Assembly: GCA_029259115.1 (NCBI GenBank)
Contig: JAPDJO010000035.1
Coordinates: 11,896-75,895 of the forward strand
Origin: Thermoplasmatota archaeon
Lineage (GTDB): Archaea > Thermoplasmatota > E2 > DHVEG-1 > B18-G2
Length of the DNA stretch: 64,000 nucleotides
Direction of reading: 5' to 3'
Position numbers and translations under genes: made by a program. The first letter of the stretch is position 1; every line of letters starts with the position of its first letter. Positions 18,874 through 27,471 of this stretch are shown one piece after another. A model generated the notes under the pieces. That model was given only the letters and a program-made list of their open reading frames with translations. It was not told the DNA's origin and did no database searches.

Positions 18874-19118
18874 CTTCCCTCCTCCATCCTCCTTGTGGCT
18901 TTAATTGCAAATATCAAGATGGCTGTTGTTAAACATGCTCCCACTCCAGCTTCAGCTATAGCAACATCTGGAGCTTGCAGAATGTAAAATTCCAAGGATA
19001 GAATCAAACTCATAGCAGCTAGAGCAATAGTAGCGGAAAGCAAGTCTTTGAAGTATATGGCAAAAACTGAAGTAACTATCAGAAGTACGGGAAGTACGAT
19101 ATGAATTATCTCTATCAT
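18870..19118 (-). CDS. mbhD: Mbh/Mrp subunit D
   Basis: LQAPDVAIAEAGVGA. Confidence 0.88.
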   Translation of the reverse strand: MIEIIHIVLPVLLIVTSVFAIYFKDLLSATIALAAMSLILSLEFYILQAPDVAIAEAGVGACLTTAILIFAIKATRRMEEGR

Positions 19119-19486
19119 TTCTTCTCCTCCTTTTCTCTCTCCTCTTTTAAGTCATCAACAACCGCTTTAACAGGCATTACGCCACTCTTATGAGCAGCCC
19201 TAGCAATAGCATGTGCTCCGGTTGGATTCGTCACTAATATGGCTATAAGTGCAATGAAAACGTGTACAGGAAGAACAGGTGAAGAAACTGAAGGATTGAG
19301 GTACCACTCTTTTAGACCATATATTATGATCGCACCAGAGAGAAATATAGACCCAAATGTTGTGCATTTCGTGCCTCCATGCAATCTGGTGTAAACATCT
19401 GGGAACCTGATTAAAGCTATAGATGCCAAAAGATTAAAAATTAAACCGATCGCCAGGAATATGTAAATTATAGCCGTCACTATCAC
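19115..19486 (-). CDS. mbhC: Mbh/Mrp subunit (MrpG-like)
   Basis: RFPDVYTRLHGGTK, PTGAHAIARAA. Confidence 0.9.
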   Translation of the reverse strand: MIVTAIIYIFLAIGLIFNLLASIALIRFPDVYTRLHGGTKCTTFGSIFLSGAIIIYGLKEWYLNPSVSSPVLPVHVFIALIAILVTNPTGAHAIARAAHKSGVMPVKAVVDDLKEEREKEEKK

Positions 19487-19743
19487 ATTCTCCCTCCTTC
19501 AAGATATTTTGCTATGAGTATGGTTGTAACAAACGATAGGAGTGCATAGACTATGGCTACATCGATGTAGATGATCTCCTGGTATGCCGCCCCAAGCAGG
19601 AGCATACCAACGATCACGAGAGTATTGATTGTATCGAGACCAACCACCCTGTCAGGAACAGTCGGACCTAAAATTAACCTTACAGAAGCTAAGAGTATGC
19701 ATATCAGAATAATTACTGCAGATGTCACAAATTCTACAATCAT
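19483..19743 (-). CDS. mbhB: Mbh/Mrp subunit (MrpF-like)
   Basis: GPTVPDRVVGLD, YIDVAIVYALL. Confidence 0.9.
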   Translation of the reverse strand: MIVEFVTSAVIILICILLASVRLILGPTVPDRVVGLDTINTLVIVGMLLLGAAYQEIIYIDVAIVYALLSFVTTILIAKYLEGGRM

Positions 19744-20258
19744 TCCGCAATCCTCCTTATCCAATCCGGAAACTTACCACAGACATATTCATAGGGTCTG
19801 GGTTTCTTCTTCAATGCCTCATCTTTAACATTTATCCAGTGCACATAAAGTTCATTTGTATCCTCGTCTATGTCTACGCTTAACGTTCCAGGAGTTAGTG
19901 TTATCGAATTTGCAAGCATAGTTATTCCCAAATCTGTTTTCAGATTGGGTGAAATCTTAACTATTCCTGGTCTTATCTTACCAGTTATAACCCTGTACGC
20001 AACATCCAGGTTTGCCTTTGCCATGGATGCAAAGAAAGGACCTATGAGATAAACTATAGCTAATATCCATCTCTTTGGGTTTAACATTCTCAAGTTCTTT
20101 TTCACAAAGATGTTTCTAGAGATATAGCCAGCAATCGCAGCTATGATTATTCCAAATATGATCTCTTCAATGCTCCAAAATCCTGTCTCGCCACTGCCTG
20201 CAGTTAAAACGAGGTATGCTATGAAGCATACAATCATCGTTACTACAAATGCTATCAT
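19740..20258 (-). CDS. mbhA: Mbh/Mrp subunit (MrpE-like)
   Basis: ANLDVAYRV, ANSITLTPGT, LYVHWI; first gene of the 14-gene operon. Confidence 0.9.
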   Translation of the reverse strand: MIAFVVTMIVCFIAYLVLTAGSGETGFWSIEEIIFGIIIAAIAGYISRNIFVKKNLRMLNPKRWILAIVYLIGPFFASMAKANLDVAYRVITGKIRPGIVKISPNLKTDLGITMLANSITLTPGTLSVDIDEDTNELYVHWINVKDEALKKKPRPYEYVCGKFPDWIRRIAE

Positions 20259-20325
20259 GTCCCTAACCTCGCCCGTGTGTTGAAATGGGAGAATCTTTTA
20301 AAACTTTACCATCTAATTCGATTTG

Positions 20326-20997
20326 ATGAAAGAGGAAATATCATTTTACAACTATGCAGCCATAGTTAAGAATCTCAGAGGAGTTATCTATTGGAAAGGT
20401 AAAGGGGACTTGGAATGGCTTCTCTCAAGATTCAGATATCGATATCTTGGTGTTCCTCCCTCGTTAGAAAGAATTATTCTAAAAAGGAAGAACCTTGTTC
20501 TGTTAACGTATCCGAACAATATTATTTTGAAAGTTAAGGAGCTATTTTCTAGAGTTTTAATAGAAGAAATTGCTGAAGTATTATGCCTGGCATCAACATA
20601 CATAAGCCCAGTGATGACTGATGATATGGATGATTTTAGGGATTTAATCGTAGCAGAGGTTAAGACAACAAAGGAGTTAACAGATAAAGACTGGAAATTG
20701 CATATGAGGATAGCAGATTACACGGTCTTGGATTTCTACACTTGGTCTACAAATAATGCCAAAGAAGCTATAGAGAGTGGGAATGTGGAAGAGTTTTTAC
20801 AGGAAAGGAAAGAAAAGATAGAAAAGGACATAAGAAGATATTGGAGGATAGTGGAAGATGAAGGTAGAGCTTTTCTCGCTTATGTGGATCCTCTCGCAAT
20901 TCTACGTAAGTATAACCTAGTAGAGGAATTTAAATCCCTCGGAAAAGATGCTTTTGCTACAATGGGAATATTACCTGTAATTTTCATACATTTTTAG
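20326..20997 (+). CDS. Hypothetical protein
   Basis: 223-codon ORF with normal composition, divergent from mbhA and upstream of thyX; no recognised motif. Confidence 0.7.
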   Translation: MKEEISFYNYAAIVKNLRGVIYWKGKGDLEWLLSRFRYRYLGVPPSLERIILKRKNLVLLTYPNNIILKVKELFSRVLIEEIAEVLCLASTYISPVMTDDMDDFRDLIVAEVKTTKELTDKDWKLHMRIADYTVLDFYTWSTNNAKEAIESGNVEEFLQERKEKIEKDIRRYWRIVEDEGRAFLAYVDPLAILRKYNLVEEFKSLGKDAFATMGILPVIFIHF

Positions 20998-21034
20998 CAA
21001 ACGTAATAAGCATTTAGACCATACGAATCGCTAG

Positions 21035-21697
21035 ATGGAGGTTAAACTGATATCATACACTCCAAATCCTGAAAGAGTATGTGCAATAGCTGCAGCATTA
21101 ACTCATAGTAAGAAAAAACCTGATGAAATAGAAAAGATGAAAGATGAAGATTTATTGAAAATATTATCTCATGTTATTGAGTTGGGACATACGAGTGTTG
21201 TAGAACATGCAAGTTTTACATTTGCTATATCTGGAGTGAGTAGAGCGCTAACCCATCAGCTGGTTAGGCATAGAATAGCAAGTTACTCTCAGCAGAGCCA
21301 AAGATATGTCAGATTTGATGATATCAGCTACGTTGTGCCGCCTTCGATAGAGAATAATGAGAATCTCAGAATTGAATACGAAAAATTCATGGAAAAGGCA
21401 TGGAATGAATACAAATCCCTCCTCTCTAGAGGGATACCTGAAGAGGATGCTCGATATGTTTTGCCAAATGCAGCGAAAACCAACATAATAGTAACGATGA
21501 ATGCGAGATCTCTGTTGCATTTCTTTGAGCTTAGGTGTTGCATGCATGCTCAGTGGGAGATAAGGGAATTAGCTTGGAGAATGCTAAGGGAGGTTAGAAA
21601 GGTTGCACCGACAATATTTAAAAAGGCTGGTCCTCCATGTAAGACTAGAGGAGAATGTCCGGAAAAGAAAAAGGATTGTCCTTGGTATCCAAAGTGA
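21035..21697 (+). CDS. thyX: FAD-dependent thymidylate synthase
   Basis: GHTSVVEH, SRALTHQLVRHRIASYSQQSQRY, AQWEIR. Confidence 0.96.
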   Translation: MEVKLISYTPNPERVCAIAAALTHSKKKPDEIEKMKDEDLLKILSHVIELGHTSVVEHASFTFAISGVSRALTHQLVRHRIASYSQQSQRYVRFDDISYVVPPSIENNENLRIEYEKFMEKAWNEYKSLLSRGIPEEDARYVLPNAAKTNIIVTMNARSLLHFFELRCCMHAQWEIRELAWRMLREVRKVAPTIFKKAGPPCKTRGECPEKKKDCPWYPK

Positions 21698-21702
21698 GGA
21701 GA

Positions 21703-22350
21703 ATGGAAAGACCCTATATCATAATAAACTGTGCAGCATCGGCTGATGGAAAGATAGCTTTGCCTGATAAGAGACAGTTAAGAATATCCTCAGAAGAGGA
21801 TTTTATAAGGGTTCAGAACTTGAGAGAGAAATGTGATGCTGTTTTGGTTGGAATTGGTACAATCCTTACAGATGATCCAAAGCTCAACGTTAAATATGAT
21901 AGCAAAAGGCAGCCAGCCAAAGTTGTGCTTGATAGATATTTCAAAACACCACCTAACGCTAAAATCTTCGAGGGAGGATCCAAGGTTTATATAATGGTTG
22001 GCCCCGATGTAGAAAGAGAAATTAGAAAAGATAATTTGGAGTTGATAAGATGTAAACTTGATGAAAATGGATTAATAGATTTGGAGTTTGCCCTTAAAGA
22101 GCTCAAGATGAGAGGGATAAACTCTCTTCTCGTAGAGGGTGGGGGGACTGTAATATGGAATTTTTTGAAGAAAAGGTTATTCGATGAGTTTTATGTCTAC
22201 ATTGCACCAATCGTTATAGGTGGAATCTCTACACCAACCATAGCTGATGGTGAAGGGGTTAGAAGGGAAGAAGAGATCATCATGCTGAAAATCGATAAGA
22301 TAGAGAAGGTTGGTGAAGGAATTCTGATAAAATATCTACCAGGATTATGA
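21703..22350 (+). CDS. RibD C-terminal domain reductase (archaeal 2,5-diamino-6-ribosylamino-pyrimidinone 5'-phosphate reductase-like)
   Basis: AASADGKIA, DAVLVGIGTILTDDPKL, LLVEGGG. Confidence 0.85.
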   Translation: MERPYIIINCAASADGKIALPDKRQLRISSEEDFIRVQNLREKCDAVLVGIGTILTDDPKLNVKYDSKRQPAKVVLDRYFKTPPNAKIFEGGSKVYIMVGPDVEREIRKDNLELIRCKLDENGLIDLEFALKELKMRGINSLLVEGGGTVIWNFLKKRLFDEFYVYIAPIVIGGISTPTIADGEGVRREEEIIMLKIDKIEKVGEGILIKYLPGL

Positions 22351-22802
22351 GATTTCTCTGCGACCAGATGTTGGGAACGCTTGCCAAATGGTTGCGTATC
22401 TTGGGATATGATGTTTATTTTGCGAATAATTTGGAAGATGATGAAGATATCCTGAGGAGGGCGGAAGAAGAGGAGAGGGTAATAATAACGAGGGATAAGT
22501 ATCTAGTAATGAGGGCAAAAAGAAGGAGGATAAAGGTTATTGAAATAGAGAGTAAGGACTTGGATGAACAGCTAAAGATCGTGACCTCTTTCTTTCCAAT
22601 AGATAGAGATGCAGTCCTTTCTCGATGTTCTATCTGCAACTCCTTACTCGTTGAGATTGATAAAAATGAAGTGAAAGGAAAGGTTCCTGATAGAGTATAC
22701 GAAATACATGATGAGTTTTGGTATTGTAAAAATTGTAAGAAGATATACTGGAAAGGGAGCCATTGGAACAAGATGAAGGAAAAGATCGATAATCTAAGTT
22801 AG
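22347..22802 (+). CDS. Mut7-C (PIN-like) RNase domain protein
   Basis: FLCDQMLGTLAKWLRILGYD, ITRD, SRCSICN, CKNCKKIYWKGSH. Confidence 0.9.
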   Translation: MRFLCDQMLGTLAKWLRILGYDVYFANNLEDDEDILRRAEEEERVIITRDKYLVMRAKRRRIKVIEIESKDLDEQLKIVTSFFPIDRDAVLSRCSICNSLLVEIDKNEVKGKVPDRVYEIHDEFWYCKNCKKIYWKGSHWNKMKEKIDNLS

Positions 22803-23098
22803 ATCATTTTTACCATCTGAGCATGAGGAATTCCTTGAATATACAAAACGCATTCTGGATCTACATATCCCAGTCTAATTGCACATTCAACCGTTCTCTT
22901 TCCAACCAAATTCGCTATTGTAGCCTCTTTGAGATAGGTTTCAAAGACTTTCTCGTCGACAAGCCTTCCTCCATAGAAGGTTTTCTTGACGTGTAATCTG
23001 AATTTTCCCTCTCTCAATCTCTTTCCTAATAGCTCCTCATCGCATGCCCCTATAAGAATATCCTCGCCTTTTTTGTAAATCCTCATACTTATCTTCAT
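22799..23098 (-). CDS. DUF424 family protein
   Basis: GACDEELLGK, FYGG, ATIANLVG, GIPHAQ. Confidence 0.85.
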   Translation of the reverse strand: MKISMRIYKKGEDILIGACDEELLGKRLREGKFRLHVKKTFYGGRLVDEKVFETYLKEATIANLVGKRTVECAIRLGYVDPECVLYIQGIPHAQMVKMI

Positions 23099-23212
23099 CT
23101 TTCCAACTCTTCTCAAGATATACTTTGTAGCTTAAGATTAATATCTGTTTCGAATTTTTTACTTTTGCACAACAGCTAGTCTTATCTAGTTCAATTTGAT
23201 TCTCTGAACAGT

Positions 23213-24226
23213 ATGAAAGCGATGGTGCTGAAAAGGATTGCGAAAGTAGATGAAGAGCCTCTCGAGCTAGAAGATCTTGATACTCCAACGCCGTCTGGTA
23301 AAGAGATACTGATAAAGATTTCTGCCTGTGGAGTTTGCCATACCGAGTTAGATGAGATTGAAGGTAGAAAAATGCCAAAGTTACCTGTTATTCTGGGTCA
23401 CGAGGTTATTGGCAGAGTGGAAAAGCTTGGAGACAAAGCAAAAAGATTCAGGATTGGAGAAAGAGTTGGTGTTGCTTGGATATATTCTGCATGCGGATCT
23501 TGTAAGTTCTGCAAAAGTGGAAGAGAAAACCTTTGCTACGATTTTAAAGCAACAGGCTGTGATGCAGATGGAGGTTATGCTGAATATATGATCATAAATG
23601 AAGATTTTGCATATCCCATACCAGATGTCTTTTCTGATCTGGAGGCGGCTCCTTTGATGTGTGCTGGAGCCATAGGTTACAGAGCTCTGAGATTGACAGG
23701 TATGAAAGATGGAGATACTATTGGGTTATATGGATTTGGGGCATCTGCACACATCGTTATCCAAGTTGTAAAATATCTGTATCCAAATTCCAAAGTTTTT
23801 GTGTTCACAAAAAGGAGGAATGATGAGCCTAGCAGGTTAGCAAAAGAATTGGGAGCGGACTGGGTTGGTGTTACTGGAGATTCCTCTCCAGAGAAGTTGG
23901 ATTGTGCCATAGATACGACGCCTGTCGGCATTCCCGTAAAGGAAGCTTTGAGAAATCTGGAGAGAGGTGGGAAGTTGATAATAAACGCAATAAGGAAAGA
24001 AACCAAGATTCCTGAGATTGAATATGCTGAATACCTATGGAATGAAAAAGAGATAAAGAGTGTTGCAAATATAACTAGAAGAGATGTGGAAGAGTTTTTA
24101 GAGATAGCATCTCAGATTCCTATCAAGCCTGAAGTCAAAAAATTCAGCTTAGAGGAAGCAAATAAAGCTTTGATTATGCTGAAGTATGGGAAGTATAGAG
24201 GTGCCGGGGTTCTAAAAATAGATTGA
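23213..24226 (+). CDS. Zinc-dependent alcohol dehydrogenase family protein
   Basis: CGVCHTE, GHE, structural Zn C-x2-C-x2-C-x7-C, GFGASA Rossmann motif. Confidence 0.92.
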   Translation: MKAMVLKRIAKVDEEPLELEDLDTPTPSGKEILIKISACGVCHTELDEIEGRKMPKLPVILGHEVIGRVEKLGDKAKRFRIGERVGVAWIYSACGSCKFCKSGRENLCYDFKATGCDADGGYAEYMIINEDFAYPIPDVFSDLEAAPLMCAGAIGYRALRLTGMKDGDTIGLYGFGASAHIVIQVVKYLYPNSKVFVFTKRRNDEPSRLAKELGADWVGVTGDSSPEKLDCAIDTTPVGIPVKEALRNLERGGKLIINAIRKETKIPEIEYAEYLWNEKEIKSVANITRRDVEEFLEIASQIPIKPEVKKFSLEEANKALIMLKYGKYRGAGVLKID

Positions 24227-24255
24227 AAAGCGGCGTATTGGTAAAGATACAACCC

Positions 24256-24275
24256 TGTTATATTTATATATAACA
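24256..24275. promoter_or_regulatory. Perfect 8-bp inverted repeat, candidate operator
   Basis: TGTTATAT-TTAT-ATATAACA just upstream of a TATA-like TTATATAA (24280-24287) and the 24321 start. Confidence 0.45.
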
Positions 24276-24320
24276 ACGCTTATATAAAAAATATTAGTAG
24301 ACTGACTTAGTGGGATACGA

Positions 24321-25904
24321 ATGAAATTAATAGCATTTTCAGACTGGAGAATTCAGAGCATAGAAAAGTTGATAGAATTTCTACAAAGATTGAATGAAAA
24401 ACCAGATTACATAATCTATGCTGGTGATGATATTGCAAGATTTAACAAGGTGGGCGACAGAAGCAGGAAAGACTCAGTCTCATCAATCATACACAGGGGT
24501 GAAGTTGACCGATATAAAAATTATTTTGAAGAAATCGCAAAATTCTCCGTCCATGGCTTACTAGTCGTATCTGGCAATGATGATCTGCCTTTTGTAAGAT
24601 CTGCCATAAGAGGAAAGAATGTGTATAACCTTCACGGTCAAGTTGTAGTTAATGGAGACTATGCGTTTATTGGTCTGGAAGGATCTACCGAACCCCCCGG
24701 ATTGCTCATCTACTCCGAAGAAGATGTTTGGTTATATCTAAATAGTATGTTAAAGGAAGTTCCTCCTGACAAGAAAATAATATTAGTCTCTCATACACCG
24801 CCGTACTCTTTACTCGATATCGGAATTAGATTCGGAATACGTCATATCGGTTCTAGATCTTTGAAAAGATTCTTGGATGAGAATGTGGAAAGGATAAAGA
24901 TGGTAATATGCGGACATGTTCATTCTCAGGGAGGAAAAACTGTCAAATATAAGAATTGCTTAGTGGTGAATTGTGCTAGTCACGATAATGAGGGGGAGCT
25001 TGGAAAATTAGCAATCATTAAGGTTGATAAGAAAGTAAGTGTAGAATGGTCATACATATACGACGAGAGATGTGAAAAGTTAAAAGAGATAAGGGAACTT
25101 AAAAGCATACCATTGGTAGGATTTTCTCGAGCGAAGATATTAATAAAAAATGGCATCACAAATGTGTTCCAAGTTGCAAATCTAGATGACTCCCATAGCT
25201 TGGCTAGACATCCTTCCTTCGAAGGGAGTTTTGAATTGATAGTGAGATATGCTAGAGCTAAAGTACTAGGGAAGCCAATAATTATCGGTAAGCATCCATT
25301 CTTTAGAAATATAGATAGCAGGAACGTCTATTTCTTTGATGCAGAATACAATTCGGCTGGAACGAAGGAAGGATCTTATGGTATATTCTTATTAGGTCTG
25401 ATGAATTCGGAAGGGGAAATCCGACAGATTTTCCTTGATGATCCAAAATATGAAAAGCTTCTACTGGAAGGGTTCTTAGAATGGGTGCAGAAGGAGAGGC
25501 CTATTCTTATATCGTACTCGTCTAAGAGTGCAGATAAACCTCAGCTAATCAACAGCCTTAAGAGGTTTAATTTACCAACTCATACGATAGAAAATATATT
25601 TTTTGATTTATTTTATGATTGCCTTTTCACTCAGAAAAGAGATAAACAATACATATTTTTACCAGTAGAAGGGGATATGAGTCTAAAAAGCGTAGCCGAT
25701 TATTTTGGCTATAAAAGACCTGATCTCGAAATAAAAGATGGATTCCAGGCGTTAATAACTTACAATGAATATCTATTCGCAAGCGATGAAAGATATAAAA
25801 AGAAATTGAAGGAAAATTTGTTGGAATACAATAGGGTGGATTTGGATATGGTAAGATACGTTTTTAGTAAGATCAAAACATTATTTGATAACTATAAAAG
25901 TTGA
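24321..25904 (+). CDS. Calcineurin-like metallophosphoesterase fused to HhH and RNase H-fold (YprB-like, DEDDy) exonuclease domains
   Basis: SDWR, AGDD, GNDD, SHTPP, GHVH; HhH-like IPLVGFSRAKILIKNGI; FFDAEY, ADK, FFDLF, YNRVD. Confidence 0.78.
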   Translation: MKLIAFSDWRIQSIEKLIEFLQRLNEKPDYIIYAGDDIARFNKVGDRSRKDSVSSIIHRGEVDRYKNYFEEIAKFSVHGLLVVSGNDDLPFVRSAIRGKNVYNLHGQVVVNGDYAFIGLEGSTEPPGLLIYSEEDVWLYLNSMLKEVPPDKKIILVSHTPPYSLLDIGIRFGIRHIGSRSLKRFLDENVERIKMVICGHVHSQGGKTVKYKNCLVVNCASHDNEGELGKLAIIKVDKKVSVEWSYIYDERCEKLKEIRELKSIPLVGFSRAKILIKNGITNVFQVANLDDSHSLARHPSFEGSFELIVRYARAKVLGKPIIIGKHPFFRNIDSRNVYFFDAEYNSAGTKEGSYGIFLLGLMNSEGEIRQIFLDDPKYEKLLLEGFLEWVQKERPILISYSSKSADKPQLINSLKRFNLPTHTIENIFFDLFYDCLFTQKRDKQYIFLPVEGDMSLKSVADYFGYKRPDLEIKDGFQALITYNEYLFASDERYKKKLKENLLEYNRVDLDMVRYVFSKIKTLFDNYKS

Positions 25905-25953
25905 ACCACAACACTAAAATTCGGCTTAGACATACTCCTTCTCTGCTCTCAAT

Positions 25954-27471
25954 GTGATGGGGATGAAAGAGATAGTCAAGTTGTTTTCAGAGAAGGGTAT
26001 ACTAATTGATCCAGAAGCACTGGATTATATTTCATCAAAGGATGATCCATTATCTTTTGCACAGGATGTGATATCAAAACTGTCTGAGTCTTCTTTGGTT
26101 TTAACTCTAGAAGAGATAAAGAAAATGGAAAGCCCAGAGGAGGAAAATATCGAAGAGGAAGAAGGATTAGGGACAAAAATATTCGAGAAAGTTCCTGTTG
26201 GAACAGGAGAAAAAGTTTTAGCTAAAGAGTATGAGTCTGAAGTGAAGATAATAAAAGATGTGACTGGAAATGTAACATGTAAAGGGGAAGTCGACGATTT
26301 CACGAAACTTTTCAACAGCAGATATAACAAGATAAAGAAGATATTCCATTCACAGAGGAGAGGATTAAGAAATTCTATACCCATAAAAAAGATCAAAAGC
26401 GGAAAAATAAAGGAAGCACAAATTATAGGGATAGTTAAGGACATTAGAACAACTCAAAAAGGTTATAGAATTGTTGAAATAGAAGATGAGGAAGATTCCA
26501 TAACTGTTCTAATTCCAAAGGATGATCCTCGTTTGTATCAGCAAGCTCAAGAGATCGTGTATGATGAGGTTATAAGCGTTAGAGTAACATCTGGTAGAAA
26601 TGGCCTATTTATTGCACAAAGTGTATCATATCCAGATATCAGCGTTAATCACAAAAAGAAAAAATCTGAAGTTCCTGTTTATGTTGCTTTTCTTTCAGAC
26701 ACGCATATTGGAAGTAAAAAATTCTTGAGAGATCACTGGGATAGACTGATAAAATGGCTAAATGGTGAAATAGGGAATTCCAGACAAAGGGACGTTGCAA
26801 GGAAGATAAAATACATTGTGATACCTGGAGATACTGTCGATGGTGTGGGTGTATATCCAAATCAGGACAAGGAATTAGAAATATCTGATATCTACAAGCA
26901 GTACCAGATCCTCTCTGAAGAACTTCAAAAGATACCAGACCATATAACCGTGATCATTCAACCAGGAAATCACGATGCTGTGAGACCTGCTGAACCTCAA
27001 CCTGCTCTCGAAAAAGAGATTCAAGATCTATTTTCTGGCAAGGAATTCATATTTGTTGGAAATCCTTGCTACTTCTCTATCCATGGTGTAGAGATTTTAT
27101 CTTATCACGGCCAAAGCCTGCTAGATTTCTCAACGAGTATACCTACTTTAAAATACAACCAACCCATTGACATAATGAAGGTATCTCTCAGAAAAAGACA
27201 TCTAGCCCCGATATATGGAGGACATACTCCGATAGCGCCGGAACACGAGGACTTTATGGTAATAGAAAGGATTCCTGATATATTTGTTACTGGTCATGTC
27301 CATCTATCATCAGTAGGAGAGTACAGAGGTGTAACCTTGATCAACGCCTCCGCCTGGCAGGCGCAGACCAGTTACCAGAAGATGCTTAACTTTGTACCAG
27401 ATCCTGCCAAATTACCGATAGTTGATCTCAAAACAGGAAATACAACATCTATGGATTTCAACGTGGTTTAG
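25954..27471 (+). CDS. polB: DNA polymerase D small subunit DP1
   Basis: OB fold plus SDTHIGS, GDTVDG, PGNHD, YHG, HLAP, GHVH. Confidence 0.95.
   Translation: MMGMKEIVKLFSEKGILIDPEALDYISSKDDPLSFAQDVISKLSESSLVLTLEEIKKMESPEEENIEEEEGLGTKIFEKVPVGTGEKVLAKEYESEVKIIKDVTGNVTCKGEVDDFTKLFNSRYNKIKKIFHSQRRGLRNSIPIKKIKSGKIKEAQIIGIVKDIRTTQKGYRIVEIEDEEDSITVLIPKDDPRLYQQAQEIVYDEVISVRVTSGRNGLFIAQSVSYPDISVNHKKKKSEVPVYVAFLSDTHIGSKKFLRDHWDRLIKWLNGEIGNSRQRDVARKIKYIVIPGDTVDGVGVYPNQDKELEISDIYKQYQILSEELQKIPDHITVIIQPGNHDAVRPAEPQPALEKEIQDLFSGKEFIFVGNPCYFSIHGVEILSYHGQSLLDFSTSIPTLKYNQPIDIMKVSLRKRHLAPIYGGHTPIAPEHEDFMVIERIPDIFVTGHVHLSSVGEYRGVTLINASAWQAQTSYQKMLNFVPDPAKLPIVDLKTGNTTSMDFNVV

Noticed and set aside
24227-25953. 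Replication origin upstream of polD as in Thermococcales
   Set aside because: No cdc6/orc1 gene, no ORB-like repeats, and intergenic gaps under 100 bp.
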